A DNA stretch of 64,000 nucleotides, from NCBI GenBank assembly GCA_044374195.1, contig JBILOY010000007.1, positions 11,864-75,863 of the forward strand. Direction: 5' to 3'. Positions 53,723 to 62,071 of the stretch are shown in pieces. Each line of letters starts with the position of its first letter. Position 1 is the first letter of the stretch. A model generated the notes under the pieces. It saw nothing but the letters and a program-made list of their open reading frames with translations. It did no database searches and was not told where the DNA came from. The translations under genes and the position numbers were made by a program. This stretch comes from Candidatus Nanopelagicales bacterium. GTDB lineage: Bacteria > Actinomycetota > Actinomycetes > S36-B12.

Positions 53723-54379
53723 CTAGGCGCGCTTGTAGCCAATCGCGTAGATCGACTCGAAGTCTCGCTCCTGCATATCAGTCTCAGGATCAAAGGCCCG
53801 AGCACTCACGTTCACGAAACCCTTTGCAGTGAGAATGTGCAGCAAGTTTTCCTGATCGAACATGTACTTGTGCTCACCCGCCATGTACGCCACATAGTTG
53901 AGAGCGTCGATGCGGGTGGTGCGGTTGAAGGCCGGCTCCCAGCCGAAGTATTCCGCAGGCAGCTCGCGCTGACCCATATAGCCCTCGATGTACATACCTG
54001 CATTCGGCACGACAATCGAAAAGGAACCACCGGGCTTAAGTGCGCGCATGCACTCGTCGAGAAGTCCCTGCGCCTCTGAATAGGTGAGATGCTCGAACAT
54101 GTGCGAGGAGTAAATGCGCGAAACACTGTTGTCGGCGAAGGGAATGCCGAGGCGAAGATCCCAGTAGAGATCACAGTTGTGCGTGATATCTACGGTGAGC
54201 CATCCTCCGGTGCCCTTTCGGTCACCGCCCCCGAGATCGAGGGAGATCTCGCGTCCGGATTCGCGAAGAGACCTCAATTGCTTGCGTGAGCGGGAAAGTC
54301 GACGGCGATTGTCCTGGTACTCGTACAACTCAGTGCTGAACGGAATTCCGTTGCGGATCGCACTTCGCAATGAACTCAT
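53723..54379 (-). CDS. class I SAM-dependent methyltransferase (Methyltransf_11-like)
   Basis: 218 aa. Motifs seen: ISLDLGGGDRKG, IYSSHMFEHLTYSEAQGLLDECMRALKPGGSFSIVVPN. Confidence 0.75.
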   Translation of the reverse strand: MSSLRSAIRNGIPFSTELYEYQDNRRRLSRSRKQLRSLRESGREISLDLGGGDRKGTGGWLTVDITHNCDLYWDLRLGIPFADNSVSRIYSSHMFEHLTYSEAQGLLDECMRALKPGGSFSIVVPNAGMYIEGYMGQRELPAEYFGWEPAFNRTTRIDALNYVAYMAGEHKYMFDQENLLHILTAKGFVNVSARAFDPETDMQERDFESIYAIGYKRA

Positions 54380-54385
54380 CGTTCC

Positions 54386-55915
54386 CTACCTCGTCAGGTT
54401 CCAGCGTTGCAGTCGGTCAAGGATATGGCTGAGATGGAGCACTCGCGGGCTGGACTCTTCGAAAGGGATGCCCGCGAGGCTGCGAATGCCCTGCTCATCA
54501 CGAGTCACGAACCGGTAGGAGAAGCCGCGCCGCTTCATCATCAGGCCATAGGACACTGCACCGGGCCAACTACCCGAGGCTCGCGCGTCGAGGGCCGCGC
54601 CAATCTCCTCGGCAGTCATCACTCGAGTTGCGCAGCCAAGTTCGTCATAGGCCGACGGGCCCATCACGATCACGGGTTGCCTGGCGTATGCCGCCTCGAC
54701 ACCGCTAGTCGAGCCATAGGTCACCACGATGTCGGCCTGGCGCATCAGCTCGTAGGAGTCGATAGGCGAATATGGATCAAGGTGCACATCGGGGCTTGCT
54801 GCCTCGACCGCCTCGAGCCAGTCGAGGAGATCTTGCTTCGGTTTCATTCGCTTATGCGGGTGCGAACGCACCACCAGCGTGTAGCCGGGGCGCTTACGGC
54901 ATTCCTCGGCAAGCAGAGCAAGCGCAGTGGGCTGGCCACCGAAGTAGGAATCCCAGTCAACCTCAAGCTCGACCAGCTCGTCATCCGATGAGCTGAAGTA
55001 CGCCACTAGGCACTCCGTGCCCGGGTGATCGATGCGACTGCCGCGCTCCTGCGACTCCACATAGAGCGCATTGCTCGCATCAAGGTGATTACGCCGTTCC
55101 TCGAACCAGGAGCTACCCAGTTCGTCGCGCTCCTCCGGATCCCACGACTCGTACATGCGCAGCATGCGCCTCTGAAGAGCGGGCCAGTCATGGGTCTTGT
55201 CGATCGTGAGATCGAAATCGGTATGCCCGCCGCCCGTGTCGTAGAAGAGCACCGGCAGGCCGGCCGCTTCGGCCGCCGCGGCGGCGGCGTTGTCATGGAG
55301 GAAGCGACCGTTGTAGACCACCACCGCACTGATTGACCTCTCGGCGATGAGCCGCGTGGTCTGGTCGAAGACAAAGGCGTAGGAGCGGGCCGCTGAACGG
55401 ATCAGTCGCTTCGGCCAGAGGAAGTCATCCGAAACCGGTGCCGCACGGTACGGATGCACCTGCAAGATCGCTCGACCCATCGCCGTGCCGCGGTACATCA
55501 CATTGCGAAGCGCTGTGCGATTCATCGGCTCGAACTTCGGTAACGGCTCGACAGGTTTCCAGCGGCGAATCGGCGGTCGTGCAACAGAATCTGAGGGCAA
55601 ACCCGCAGCAATAAGTGCCTTTGTCACTCGCCGATCACGAGTGGGCGACCTGAAGAGCCCGGCCACCCGGCTGTCTGTCGTCCAGCCCACGTCGTGGATC
55701 GGAGTTTCATCGGCCCAGAGCGAAAGAGTGACGTCACCGCCCATCGCGTGGACGCACATGGCAGTTTCTGCGATCGCACCAGTCGTGAAATCCCACTGAT
55801 TGAAGGAGATCAGCAACACGTTCGAGAGTTGCTGAGGGGTAAGAACCGACGCCAGGTAATCCGTGAGCGAGTCGTGCTCAGCACGCACTCGGGGGCTCGT
55901 CATGTCGTTGCTCAT
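54386..55915 (-). CDS. Capsule_synth family protein (KpsS/KpsC/LpsZ-like), candidate CMP-ulosonic acid glycosyltransferase
   Basis: 509 aa. LVVRSHPHKRMKPK...SYELMRQADIVVTYGSTSGVEAAYARQPVIVMGPSAYDELG parallels the remembered KpsS core (HP..R; VVTINSTAGISAL...P..V.G.A.YD..G). Confidence 0.6.
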   Translation of the reverse strand: MSNDMTSPRVRAEHDSLTDYLASVLTPQQLSNVLLISFNQWDFTTGAIAETAMCVHAMGGDVTLSLWADETPIHDVGWTTDSRVAGLFRSPTRDRRVTKALIAAGLPSDSVARPPIRRWKPVEPLPKFEPMNRTALRNVMYRGTAMGRAILQVHPYRAAPVSDDFLWPKRLIRSAARSYAFVFDQTTRLIAERSISAVVVYNGRFLHDNAAAAAAEAAGLPVLFYDTGGGHTDFDLTIDKTHDWPALQRRMLRMYESWDPEERDELGSSWFEERRNHLDASNALYVESQERGSRIDHPGTECLVAYFSSSDDELVELEVDWDSYFGGQPTALALLAEECRKRPGYTLVVRSHPHKRMKPKQDLLDWLEAVEAASPDVHLDPYSPIDSYELMRQADIVVTYGSTSGVEAAYARQPVIVMGPSAYDELGCATRVMTAEEIGAALDARASGSWPGAVSYGLMMKRRGFSYRFVTRDEQGIRSLAGIPFEESSPRVLHLSHILDRLQRWNLTR

Positions 55916-55927
55916 TTCCTAACCAGG

Positions 55928-57010
55928 CTACTTGAGGGTCGCACGATAAGCGTCAGCCGTGGCCTGGGCGGAGGCCTGCCAGCTGAAGTCGCGCGAGCGA
56001 GCCAGGCCGGCAGCGCTGAGGGAAGCAATTTGGCTCTCGTCGGCGAGAAGCTCACGGAGAACGCTCGCAAGCTCATCGGAATCACCAGGAGTGAAGTAGC
56101 GGGCCGCGTCACCGCCTACCTCCGGCAGGGAGGTCGCATCCGCAAGAACGGTCGCTGTATTGCAGGCCATGGCCTCAAGTGCTGGCAGACCGAAGCCCTC
56201 GAAACGCGAGGGGAAGACGCAAAGCAGGGCATTGCCGTAGGCCGCAGGCATCAGGTAATCGGGAAGTGACCGCTGAATGGTGCGATCGGCAATGCTCAAT
56301 TCGTTTAGCTTGCGTTGCTCATCACGCGTGAAGGCTCCTCCACCGACAAAGACGAGAGAGAGATCACGATCATCCAGCTTCGCGAAAGCCTCGATCAGCA
56401 CATTGGCATCCTTGTACTGGCCACGATTGCCGACGAAAACCAGGTATCTCTCAGGGAAGCCCTCGATCGGCTCAGCACCGGGCTGGAACACGGGATCCAC
56501 ACCGTGGTAGACCACCGAGATCGGTGCGGAGATCTCTCCGTATGTGCGCAAGAGATCATTGCGGGTGTATTCGGATACGCAGATCACGTGATCTGCTGAT
56601 TTCACGTAGCGCTTCTTGAGAGTAATGAAGTCAAGACGCCGACGAGTCTGCGGCATCTGCTCGGGGATCATGTCGTGGACGGTGACCACACGCTTCGCGC
56701 CGGGGTATCCGGCGAGGCCATGCGGCAGGTAGAAGGTGTTGTGGATGATGTCGACCTGGGTCTTCGGCCGCATGCGGGTGAAGTACCTACCGAGGGATTT
56801 CCACGTGCTTTCGGCATCCCAGACATCAAGTGACCGCTCGAGATCGAGGTGACCGAGCAGATAGCCATTGATGATGGGTGCGTGCATCGGCTCGAGCTCG
56901 ATGCCGAACTCAGAACGAGTGGTGAATTGCTTTGCGAGCTCGGCAAAGAGCCGGGAGATTCCGCCGTACTCCTGAATGGCAAAGATTTGCTCATCAAAGG
57001 CTACGCGCAC
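55928..57010 (-). CDS. GT4 family glycosyltransferase (mannosyltransferase-like)
   Basis: 360 aa. The opening is MRVAFDEQIFAIQEYGGISRLFAEL. The C-terminal motif is FPSRFEGFGLPALEAMACNTATVLADATSLPEVGGDAA (EX7E). Confidence 0.85.
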   Translation of the reverse strand: MRVAFDEQIFAIQEYGGISRLFAELAKQFTTRSEFGIELEPMHAPIINGYLLGHLDLERSLDVWDAESTWKSLGRYFTRMRPKTQVDIIHNTFYLPHGLAGYPGAKRVVTVHDMIPEQMPQTRRRLDFITLKKRYVKSADHVICVSEYTRNDLLRTYGEISAPISVVYHGVDPVFQPGAEPIEGFPERYLVFVGNRGQYKDANVLIEAFAKLDDRDLSLVFVGGGAFTRDEQRKLNELSIADRTIQRSLPDYLMPAAYGNALLCVFPSRFEGFGLPALEAMACNTATVLADATSLPEVGGDAARYFTPGDSDELASVLRELLADESQIASLSAAGLARSRDFSWQASAQATADAYRATLK

Positions 57011-57086
57011 CTGTCGATTCTATGCCCGGCTCGTCGTGGCCATGCGCATACAATCGCCCCACAGCGACTCCATAGTGAAGGCCTCC

Positions 57087-58076
57087 ATGCAGCCGATTGG
57101 CACCATCGAACGCGTTCTGGTGTATCCGCGCAGCGGGTACAGCAATCGCCTTCAGGCAATGGCAAGCTCAGCGATTCTTGCCAAGCGACTCGGGGCTGAC
57201 TTCCGGGTGTGCTGGGAGACTGAAGATGTCGTGCCTGATGGACCTGAAATGACCTTTGATCAGGGCTACTGCGCTGCCGTGATGGTGACTCCCGAGCACT
57301 GTCGCAGCGAGTGGGGCATCGTGCGCGAGGAGATGCCTCGCTACTTCCACTCACTTCCTGAGCGCGGCCTGATAGTCCTGGCAGGTCATGATCGAGGCGA
57401 GCAGGCGTTTATGCCCGAGTTGCGTACGGCTCTCAGTTCAGCGACTCCTTCGACAACACTCGTCATCATTGCGGGAGGCCAGTTCTTCCTGGATTCCGAT
57501 GCTTCGCCCTCTGTCGACTGGCAGGCCGGCTTTCGCCGTGAGCGCCATGAGTACTACTCGCACACTCCACTGAACCCCGCGATCGAAAGTGCTGCACGTA
57601 CCAAGCTTGCTTCACGGGGCGCATTCATCGGCTTGCATCTTCGCTACACCGACCGTGCGCATCAAACTCCCTTCGACGGCGAGATTCGCGATGCTTTGCG
57701 AACTGCGTCGAGCGAGTCAGGAATTGTTGACGTCTTCGTTGCTACCGACAATCGGGCGACGCGCGAGAAATGGTCAGCCGCGCTTTTGAACATGGGACTG
57801 AACCCATGGAGCATGGATCACGGCTCATGGGATCGCTCCGTTTCCGGCAGCGGTCATGCGGCGCTCGTGGACTGGAGAATTCTCACTCGGGCGGAGCGAT
57901 TGGTGTATTTCGCAGAGTCCACGTTTGCGGAAGAGGCAGCTGTCGCATCCGATGGGTATTCCCTGAGCACTCCGCTGGGAGCCAATGCCATTCGATCCAC
58001 GTGGGTGCGCACCCAGGAGTTCGCGCGCAATGTCGTGACGTACCCAACTCGACGCGGGTGGTTCAGCAACTCCTAG
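57087..58076 (+). CDS. hypothetical protein, fucosyltransferase-like GT candidate
   Basis: The track ORF 56976 is trimmed to ATG 57087, with GAAGG 6 nt upstream (alternative ATG 57042). VLVYPRSGYSNRLQAMASSAILA resembles the G..N.L motif of O-FucT/GT11-like enzymes. GLHLRYTDRAH resembles the H.RR.D fucosyltransferase motif. Confidence 0.45.
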   Translation: MQPIGTIERVLVYPRSGYSNRLQAMASSAILAKRLGADFRVCWETEDVVPDGPEMTFDQGYCAAVMVTPEHCRSEWGIVREEMPRYFHSLPERGLIVLAGHDRGEQAFMPELRTALSSATPSTTLVIIAGGQFFLDSDASPSVDWQAGFRRERHEYYSHTPLNPAIESAARTKLASRGAFIGLHLRYTDRAHQTPFDGEIRDALRTASSESGIVDVFVATDNRATREKWSAALLNMGLNPWSMDHGSWDRSVSGSGHAALVDWRILTRAERLVYFAESTFAEEAAVASDGYSLSTPLGANAIRSTWVRTQEFARNVVTYPTRRGWFSNS

Positions 58077-59836
58077 TGAGTGAAGCCGTCCTGGATTGAA
58101 TCGCCGATCAAGCCGACCGATGTGCCCATGCCGGAGGCGCACAGCGGGTAGACACCCCAGCACTGATCTGACTCAGTCGGCACTTGGATCACGAGGCCCG
58201 TGGACATGGTCGTCGGGGCCGTGGGAGGCATCAGGATCGGTGCCACGGCGTATCCCATATTGATCGGGCCGAGCTTCAGTTCGCGCGCTTCGGTGATCGA
58301 GGCCGTATCAAGCCGAGCCATCGAGCAGTAGGCAATGAGCAGTACGAGCACCGCTGATCCGAGAACGCTTACCAGCGCGATGGGCCGAACAGCCATGATC
58401 CGCTGGTGATTCCGGGCGAGCGCGTGAAGTGCCCAGCCGATCGGAATGAGCGCGACGCTGAAGAGCGAGCCCCAGATAAAGCGATACGACGGTGGTGAGG
58501 CCAACCACCAAGCCGCCACGCTTATGGCGGAGGGGATAAGCGCGACGATTAGCAGCTTCGGAGACGATCCGGTGGCCCTGCGCGCAAGCACACACAAGAT
58601 GAGCGCCACCAGCAACAGGCCCAGCATGAAGTAGGTCTCCCACAGAGTGAGTGCATTCGCGCCCCAGGTGGGAATCCAACCCCAGCCCTTCGCTGCCTCC
58701 CAGAGATTCTCTGGGTCACGCGCCGCACCAAGGGTTGCCGTGCGCAGGTCAATCGGGTCTCCAGCAAGCCAGGGCACATCAAAGTGATAGATCGAGAGCG
58801 GGTACTCCAGCCAGCCGCTGAGTCGGTAATCGCGCGCGGCCTGCACCCCGAGGAGGGCAACACTGAGCAGGGCTCCCCATGCCCAGGCGCCTATTCGCAT
58901 TCGGCTTTCGCGCTGCCGTGCTCGAACCGCACGCACGACCAGCACTACGACCACGGCGCCAAGGAAGAACACCATGGTCGGGCGCATCGACACGATGATC
59001 ACCGACACGATGATCGCGACCAGTGCATCGCGCCGGCCGCCATCACGACGCTGGATCGCGTCTGCCATACACGCAACGGCGACCAGCGTCAGGATCATGA
59101 CAGCGGAGTCGGATGTCGGGCTAATGACCCAGTAGTCCGACAGTGCGATCAGCGGGATCCACGAGGCAAGCACGCCGACCAACAGAATGTAGGTGCCCAC
59201 CGACTTTCGACGCTGAAGAAGTCGCAGGACGAGATCAGTGGCCATCATGGCCATGAAAAGGCCATTGATGAGTCGGTAGCCCACGCCATCCCACGGGCCA
59301 TTTCCGAGAGCTGCGGCCAGCGGGAAGATGCTGTTGTTGTAGCCGATCGGATTCATCAGGTTCGCGATACCCGGAATCGTGGCGAAATCGCCCGAGTACT
59401 TCACCGCACCTAGGTGATACAAGCCAGTGTCGTAATTCGTGACCGGGCCAAGGGCCGCAATGGCCATATAGATCATTCCGAGCGCGAGCACCACGATCAG
59501 AATTCGCGTAGCGAGACTGGTGGCACGCAGGGAATTGGTCTGAGTACTTACGCTCAGCCGCGAGGCCGCGAACAGGCCAGCGATCACAAAGACCGCGATC
59601 ACGGCGAGGAGGCTCACAGTCGCGACGGTGCTTCGCAAGGGTGTCAGCAAGTTCGTGACCAGCACGCTGATTGTCATGATGAGCAGGCCCCACCACATGC
59701 TTACGCGCCAGGTGGTCAGTGACCTCGTGGGGTTGGAGATCAGAGCCGAGGCACGACCCACCAGCATGAGTACGACGATTAGTACCGCCCATGTCACCAG
59801 AGCGGCGAGTGCACCCACGGCGATCTGCCCGGTCAT
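58073..59836 (-). CDS. polytopic integral membrane protein (O-antigen polymerase/ligase-like or GT-C candidate)
   Basis: 587 aa with more than 13 hydrophobic segments. The C-terminal soluble tail of about 90 aa has a CW..YPLC Cys pair. There is a 4-nt 3' overlap with the convergent gene. Confidence 0.7.
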   Translation of the reverse strand: MTGQIAVGALAALVTWAVLIVVLMLVGRASALISNPTRSLTTWRVSMWWGLLIMTISVLVTNLLTPLRSTVATVSLLAVIAVFVIAGLFAASRLSVSTQTNSLRATSLATRILIVVLALGMIYMAIAALGPVTNYDTGLYHLGAVKYSGDFATIPGIANLMNPIGYNNSIFPLAAALGNGPWDGVGYRLINGLFMAMMATDLVLRLLQRRKSVGTYILLVGVLASWIPLIALSDYWVISPTSDSAVMILTLVAVACMADAIQRRDGGRRDALVAIIVSVIIVSMRPTMVFFLGAVVVVLVVRAVRARQRESRMRIGAWAWGALLSVALLGVQAARDYRLSGWLEYPLSIYHFDVPWLAGDPIDLRTATLGAARDPENLWEAAKGWGWIPTWGANALTLWETYFMLGLLLVALILCVLARRATGSSPKLLIVALIPSAISVAAWWLASPPSYRFIWGSLFSVALIPIGWALHALARNHQRIMAVRPIALVSVLGSAVLVLLIAYCSMARLDTASITEARELKLGPINMGYAVAPILMPPTAPTTMSTGLVIQVPTESDQCWGVYPLCASGMGTSVGLIGDSIQDGFTH

Positions 59837-59845
59837 GCTCGGTGA

Positions 59846-60796
59846 CTAGCCCAGAACCGAGGTGCGGAAGTACTCAATCGTTCGAGTGAGCCCCTCGACG
59901 AGCGGGATTGTGGGCTCCCAGCCCAGAGTGGTCTTCGCACGCGTGATGTCGGGCTGGCGACGAACCGGGTCGTCAACCGGGAGTGGCAGGTAGTCGATAC
60001 CGGGGTTGACTCCCGTGTGCTCGATCACGAGATTCGCTAGCTCGGCGATCGTGAACTCACCCGGATTGCCGAGATTGATCGGGCCGGTGACCGTGTCATC
60101 GCTGTTCATCATCGCAACGAGGCCATCGATGAGGTCATCGACATAACAGAAGGAACGAGTCTGCTGGCCTTCGCCGTAGACAGTCAGCGGCTTGCTCGTC
60201 AGAGCGCTCATGATGAAATTGGAGACCACGCGGCCATCCTGAGGATGCATACGGGGGCCATAAGTGTTGAACAAGCGCACCACCTTGATGCGCAGTTCGT
60301 GCTGTCGGTGGTAGTCGAAGAAGAGGGTCTCAGCGGCTCGCTTGCCCTCGTCGTAGCAGGCACGCGGGCCGATCGGGTTCACGTTGCCCCAGTAATCCTC
60401 GGTCTGCGGATGCACGAGGGGGTCTCCGTACACCTCGGAGGTCGAGGTCAACAGGATCTTCGCCCCGGTGCGCTTGGCAAGGCCGAGCATGTTGATCGAG
60501 CCGTGCACGGCTGTCTTGGTCGTTTGCACCGGATCACGTTGGTAATGGATCGGGCTTGCCGGGCATGCCAAGTGATAAATCTCGTCAACCTCGACATACA
60601 ACGGGAAGGTCACATCGTGACGGGTTAGTTCGAATCGCGGATTGCTCAGGAGGTGAGCGATGTTGTCCTTGCTCGAGGAGTAGAAGTTATCGACGCAGAG
60701 CACCTCGTAGCCATCATTGAGTAGGCGCTCGCACAGGTGCGAACCAATGAAACCGGCGCCGCCCGTCACCAGAACCCGGCCCTTGGCAATGCTCAC
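59846..60796 (-). CDS. uxs: UDP-glucuronate decarboxylase (UDP-xylose synthase)
   Basis: 316 aa. [103 protein letters not shown] match the highly conserved UXS signature blocks. Confidence 0.9.
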   Translation of the reverse strand: MSIAKGRVLVTGGAGFIGSHLCERLLNDGYEVLCVDNFYSSSKDNIAHLLSNPRFELTRHDVTFPLYVEVDEIYHLACPASPIHYQRDPVQTTKTAVHGSINMLGLAKRTGAKILLTSTSEVYGDPLVHPQTEDYWGNVNPIGPRACYDEGKRAAETLFFDYHRQHELRIKVVRLFNTYGPRMHPQDGRVVSNFIMSALTSKPLTVYGEGQQTRSFCYVDDLIDGLVAMMNSDDTVTGPINLGNPGEFTIAELANLVIEHTGVNPGIDYLPLPVDDPVRRQPDITRAKTTLGWEPTIPLVEGLTRTIEYFRTSVLG

Positions 60797-61713
60797 GATG
60801 CCCTCCCTTGTCGCTGCTTAAGGTACCGCGCGCCCTGAACCGCGAAGCCGATCACCGAGACATGGAAGTGATGCTTTCGTGTCCAGGCATCGGCCTTGTT
60901 GTCGAGAGTGACCGGCACCGGTGTCGTGGGCAGCACGATCGGCTCAACGATGCGGGTCTCAACCTCCTGCTTGGTATGGGTTGCATCCTCGCCGAAACCG
61001 AGGTTTCGAACGAGGTTCACGTTCGAGGTCGCCGTCCAGGATTCCGCGCACATGCTTGCGTACACGAGCTGGCCATCCCAGGTATCGACCTCCTTGCGAG
61101 CGAGCAGTTCGAAGGTGCTGGCCCAGTAGAGCGCGCCGGCAAGTGAGTGACCGCTGCGAGCCCAGAGACGACGTGGCGACAAGCCCTTACGCCAACCAGC
61201 AATGTCGAGTCGATGCTGGGACCACGAGCGCCGCCATGTCGCCCAGCCCCAGATATGCGGAACCTGGCTAAATCGATACGCCTGCTCCGGATGCGATTGG
61301 AACTCAGGCGGGACGAAATTGCAGCCGGAGATCGCGAAGACTCGATTGTCGTTCTCGTAGCGATCAAGAAGCTCCGCGCAGAACGGGAAGAAACTTGGAT
61401 CGGGGATAATGTCGTCTTCCAGAATGATTCCGCGCTCGACATTGTCGAAGAACCAGCTGATGGCAGTCGAGACTCCAAGACCGCAGCCGAGATTGCTCTG
61501 CTGGAACAAGGTTTTGACCTCGCACGGCCAGTCAATCTCGCTTGCGAGATCGCGGCAGGCCTGCACCCGAACTGCTTCATCGGGACGCCCGTCGCGTGGG
61601 CCATCAACAGCAAGGAAGATCCGAGTGGGCTTTACCTCTCGCATCCGCTCGATCAGCGTGCGCAGGTGATCGGGGCGACTGAAGGCAATGAGCAGGACGG
61701 CTTCATCACTCAT
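60793..61713 (-). CDS. GT-A-fold glycosyltransferase (HlpA-like / GnT-I-like)
   Basis: 306 aa. [18 protein letters not shown]...[11 protein letters not shown]...[37 protein letters not shown] matches the remembered family often annotated as hemolytic protein HlpA-like or GT2. There is an ATGA overlap with uxs. Confidence 0.6.
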   Translation of the reverse strand: MSDEAVLLIAFSRPDHLRTLIERMREVKPTRIFLAVDGPRDGRPDEAVRVQACRDLASEIDWPCEVKTLFQQSNLGCGLGVSTAISWFFDNVERGIILEDDIIPDPSFFPFCAELLDRYENDNRVFAISGCNFVPPEFQSHPEQAYRFSQVPHIWGWATWRRSWSQHRLDIAGWRKGLSPRRLWARSGHSLAGALYWASTFELLARKEVDTWDGQLVYASMCAESWTATSNVNLVRNLGFGEDATHTKQEVETRIVEPIVLPTTPVPVTLDNKADAWTRKHHFHVSVIGFAVQGARYLKQRQGRAS

Positions 61714-62071
61714 GCGAATCAGGCCGTTGCCGTTCGTCGATCTCCTTGATGCGCTGATCGAGCAGCGCGACCTCTTCAGCGAGCCGGCGAATTCGTGCCT
61801 CGTGTCGGCTCAGTTCGTAACTGAGCTGCACGCTCACGAGTACCAGCAGAACGATGGTGACGAAGAAGAGAAGGTTGACCGGTTGGGCAACACCGAGTCG
61901 GAAGCTGATCCAGTCGAGCACCTGCGGGAAGAGCGCGAAGAAAAGCGCCATACCGGCGAAGAAGAGCCAGAGAACCGCGTACTTCTCCTTCAGCACGCCG
62001 CGACGCAGCAGATCGAGAATGAAGATGAAGGTGATGATTGCGGTGATCGCCGCGAGAATGTTCGGGGTCAT
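61706..62071 (-). CDS. DUF2304 small membrane protein with C-terminal coiled-coil
   Basis: 121 aa. ILDLLRRGVLKEKYAVLWLFFA...PVNLLFFVTIVLLVLVSVQLSYELSRHEARIRRLAEEVALL is the DUF2304 pattern. Its start overlaps the stop of the upstream GT2 (TGATG). Confidence 0.8.
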   Translation of the reverse strand: MTPNILAAITAIITFIFILDLLRRGVLKEKYAVLWLFFAGMALFFALFPQVLDWISFRLGVAQPVNLLFFVTIVLLVLVSVQLSYELSRHEARIRRLAEEVALLDQRIKEIDERQRPDSHE

